From Asaia bogorensis (GTDB lineage Bacteria > Pseudomonadota > Alphaproteobacteria > SHVZ01), in assembly GCA_945897335.1 (NCBI GenBank), contig CAMDFP010000001.1:2143-66142 (forward strand): DNA of 64,000 bases, given 5' to 3'. The notes beneath the pieces are model-generated. The model had not been told where the DNA came from and made no database searches. It worked only from the letters and a program-made list of their open reading frames with translations. A program made the translations under genes and the position numbers. Shown piece after piece: positions 60,964-64,000 of this stretch; positions within the stretch are counted from its first letter, which is position 1; every line of letters begins with the position of its first letter.

Positions 60964-63133
60964 TCGCCGGCCCAGCGCCGCCAGAGGTCCCGGAACATCG
61001 CGTCCACGCTCCGCGCATAGCCCGGCCGGTCCATCAGCGGCGAGGCCAGCAGCCGGTCGCGAAGCGTCGCCCGCAGCTCCGCCAGGCGCTGAGGATCGCC
61101 CGCGAGCCTGACGGCGATCTCGACGAAGTCGTCCGGCGTCTTCGCCACCAGGTCGCCGAGGCCGATCGGGATCAGATGCGAGGCGGTCATCCGCCGTAGG
61201 TATGAGTCGCCGAGGAGGGTGACGACGGGAACGCCCATCCACAGCGCCTCGAAGCTCGTGGTGGCGCCGGTGAAGGGATAGCTGTCGAGGGCGATGTCGA
61301 TGGCACCGTAGCGCGCCAGATGCTCGCGCTCGAACTCTCCGGCGGCAGCGAACGACACGCGATCGGCCCCGACGTTCCCGCCCACCAGCGACGACAGAAC
61401 GGCATCCTTCAGCGCGGGGCGCGCGAAGTCGTCCTTGTACTTGAGGACGAGCCGGGCCTTCGGCAATCGGGCGAGAACCCGCTGCCAGAGGCCGAGCACG
61501 AACGGCGTGAGCTTGGCCGGGTTGTTGAAGGAACCGAAGACGACGGCCCCGTCCTCTGCCGGCGGCCGAACCTCGACCGGAAGGGATGCCGCCGGGCCGT
61601 AGTTGTAGACGAGAGGAATCCGCGCCACCTGTTCGGTGAAGGGTTCCGTGGTGTCGTCGGGCACCAGGATGGGATCGCCGACGAAGTAATCCATGCCGGC
61701 AATGCCGCTCGTTGCGCCGTCATGCATCGACAGCTGGACAGGGGCGGCCCGCCATGAGGCGACCATGGGGCGGTTGAAGTCGAAGTTGCCGGCGAGCACG
61801 ACCAGGACGTCGATCCGGTCCCTGCGGATCAGCTCCGCCACCTCCCGATCCGTCAGGTCGCGGATGTTGCGCCAGCCATCGGCCGCGTCGCGGAACCAGT
61901 CGGTGTGCTCGTCGTTCCGCCGCTCATGCGCGTAGCAGATGAAATCGGAGTTTGCCCGGTCCCGGTGAGCGAAGACCGCGCGCATGATCCGGGTCGCGGG
62001 ATGATTGTGGAAGTCGGAGGAAAGGAATCCGATCCTGAGCCGGCGGTCGGGATCGGGGTCGTTGTCCGGCGGCGGAAGCGGCACCGCCTGCCCCTCGCTC
62101 GCCGCACCGGCGATGGCCATCCGATACAGGTCGGCGGGACTGGTCCGGTCTGAATAGAAATTCGCCGCGAGTCGGTTCCGCCAGAGATTGGGCAGGCGCG
62201 GCGAGATCGCGGCGGCACGGTTCATCGTCGCGATCGCGTGGTCGCGAAGACCGATGCCGAGCAGCGCGATGCCGGTGTTCTGCTGTGCCTCGGCGAAGTC
62301 CGGCCTGAGAGCGAGGGCGCCGCGATAGCTTGCAATCACTTCGTCGGGCCGGCGCAGGTCACCGAGGGCGAGCCCGCGGTTGAAGCGGGCGTCGGCGAAG
62401 TCGGCGCGGATCGCAATCGCGCGGGTGAACCAGGCCAGCGCCTCTTCGGGACGCTCCAAGCGGCGAAGCGCGATGGCGCCGCCGTTCATCGCCTCCGCCA
62501 GGGCAGGGGTGAGCGCGAGCGCCTTCGCATGGTTCGCCAGTGCGGGCTTCGGACCCTCGACCTCGAATGTCAGCCGGCCGAGATCGGTCCAGGCATCGGC
62601 GAGGTCGGACCGCACCCTCAGCACCCGACGATGCTCGATCAGCGCCTGCTTCGGGCGCTTCAAGGCCTCCAGCGCTCTCACCCGGATGTTGAGGCCGCGA
62701 AGATCGTTCGGCGCCAGCACGATCACCCGCGCGCCGGCACGCAGCGCCTCTTCCGGCCGCTTGAGTCCGAGCAGGGCATAGCCTCGCCCGGCCTGGCTCG
62801 GCACGTCTGAGCGATCGATCGCCAGCGCCTGGTCGTAGCGCCTGAGCGCCTCGTCCAGGCGGCCGAGCTCGCGCAGCATGTTGGCGTGGTTGGAGAGAAC
62901 GACAGCCGACCGCGCGTCGATCGCCAGCGCCTTGCCGATCAGGCGCTCGGCCTCGGCGAAGCGTCCGCGCTGCCCCTCGAGCACGCCGAGAAGCTGCAGG
63001 GTATCGAAGTGGCGGGGCACGCTGGCAAGGACCCGGCCATACAGGGCGGCGGCCTTCGCCAGCTGACCCGCCTGGTGCTGCTCGACCGCGTTCTGAAACG
63101 TCTTCGCGAGGGCCGCCTGAGTGGCCGGTCCCT

Positions 63134-63137
<4 letters not shown>
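60930..63137 (-). CDS. TPR-repeat protein with C-terminal O-GlcNAc-transferase-like (GT41) domain
   Basis: N-terminal TPRs, then a GT41-like C-terminal half (…[27 protein letters not shown]…). The ATG at 63137 overlaps the upstream reductase stop (ATGA). The track's 884-aa version has an R/P-rich artefactual N-terminus. Confidence 0.7.

Positions 63138-64000
<863 letters not shown>

Overview
This 64-kb window is GC-rich (about 65-70 %) and reads as alphaproteobacterial, probably Rhizobiales-like, chromosome. It is mostly housekeeping and transport genes, with several accessory insertions.

On the minus strand, from the left:
- A truncated family-5 ABC substrate-binding protein gene, then an MFS transporter.
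- A heat-shock pair of Hsp20 followed by Lon protease.
- A decayed Baeyer-Villiger monooxygenase fragment.
- An iron-complex/B12-type ABC importer (permease, ATPase, binding protein).

On the plus strand, next:
- Two Gfo/Idh/MocA oxidoreductases flanking a secreted DUF4197-like protein.
- An APC-family permease, an MscS channel and msrA.

The middle of the window (minus strand unless noted) holds:
- A sensory unit. A degenerate EAL-domain protein is translationally coupled to a CHASE-PAS hybrid histidine kinase. They sit divergent from a stand-alone receiver across an unusually AT-rich 340-bp promoter region.
- purC.
- A plus-strand operon of a CocE/NonD hydrolase, an M48/YgjP peptidase and an MFS efflux pump.
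- A 464-aa nucleotidyltransferase-fold protein with a DUF1488-like C-terminus. Two AT-rich palindromes sit in its promoter, immediately downstream of dps.
- A class-A penicillin-binding protein.
- A SAM-dependent methyltransferase and a TPR protein (plus strand).
- A lipid-A-type modification cluster of ArnC-like GT2, a small LAB_N membrane protein, an ArnT-like glycosyltransferase and a PAP2 phosphatase.

Further right:
- ada.
- A ugpBAEC operon whose ugpB is split by an IS5-family (IS427-group) element with a TA target duplication and an A8 frameshift site.
- A PhzF-like protein.
- A vapBC toxin-antitoxin module with an operator palindrome.
- tyrS and cysE.
- A complete ISC Fe-S operon (iscR, a NifS-like desulfurase, iscS, iscU, iscA, hscB, hscA, fdx, iscX).
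- mnmA, a GNAT acetyltransferase and a tRNA-Met(CAT) gene.

The most notable accessory element begins in the tRNA 3' end. A 2.66-kb low-GC islet is bounded by a 15-bp direct repeat. It carries a recombinase-like remnant and three translationally coupled genes with no recognisable domains.

The right end holds a small membrane protein, an HWE-type histidine kinase, a LysE exporter, a TPR/O-GlcNAc-transferase-like protein coupled to a partial aldo/keto reductase, and nothing else.

Four copies of a GGGGAGGG/CCCTCCCC-rich nested-palindrome intergenic repeat occur across the window. Many long R/G/A-rich ORFs in the track are off-frame artefacts of the high GC content.
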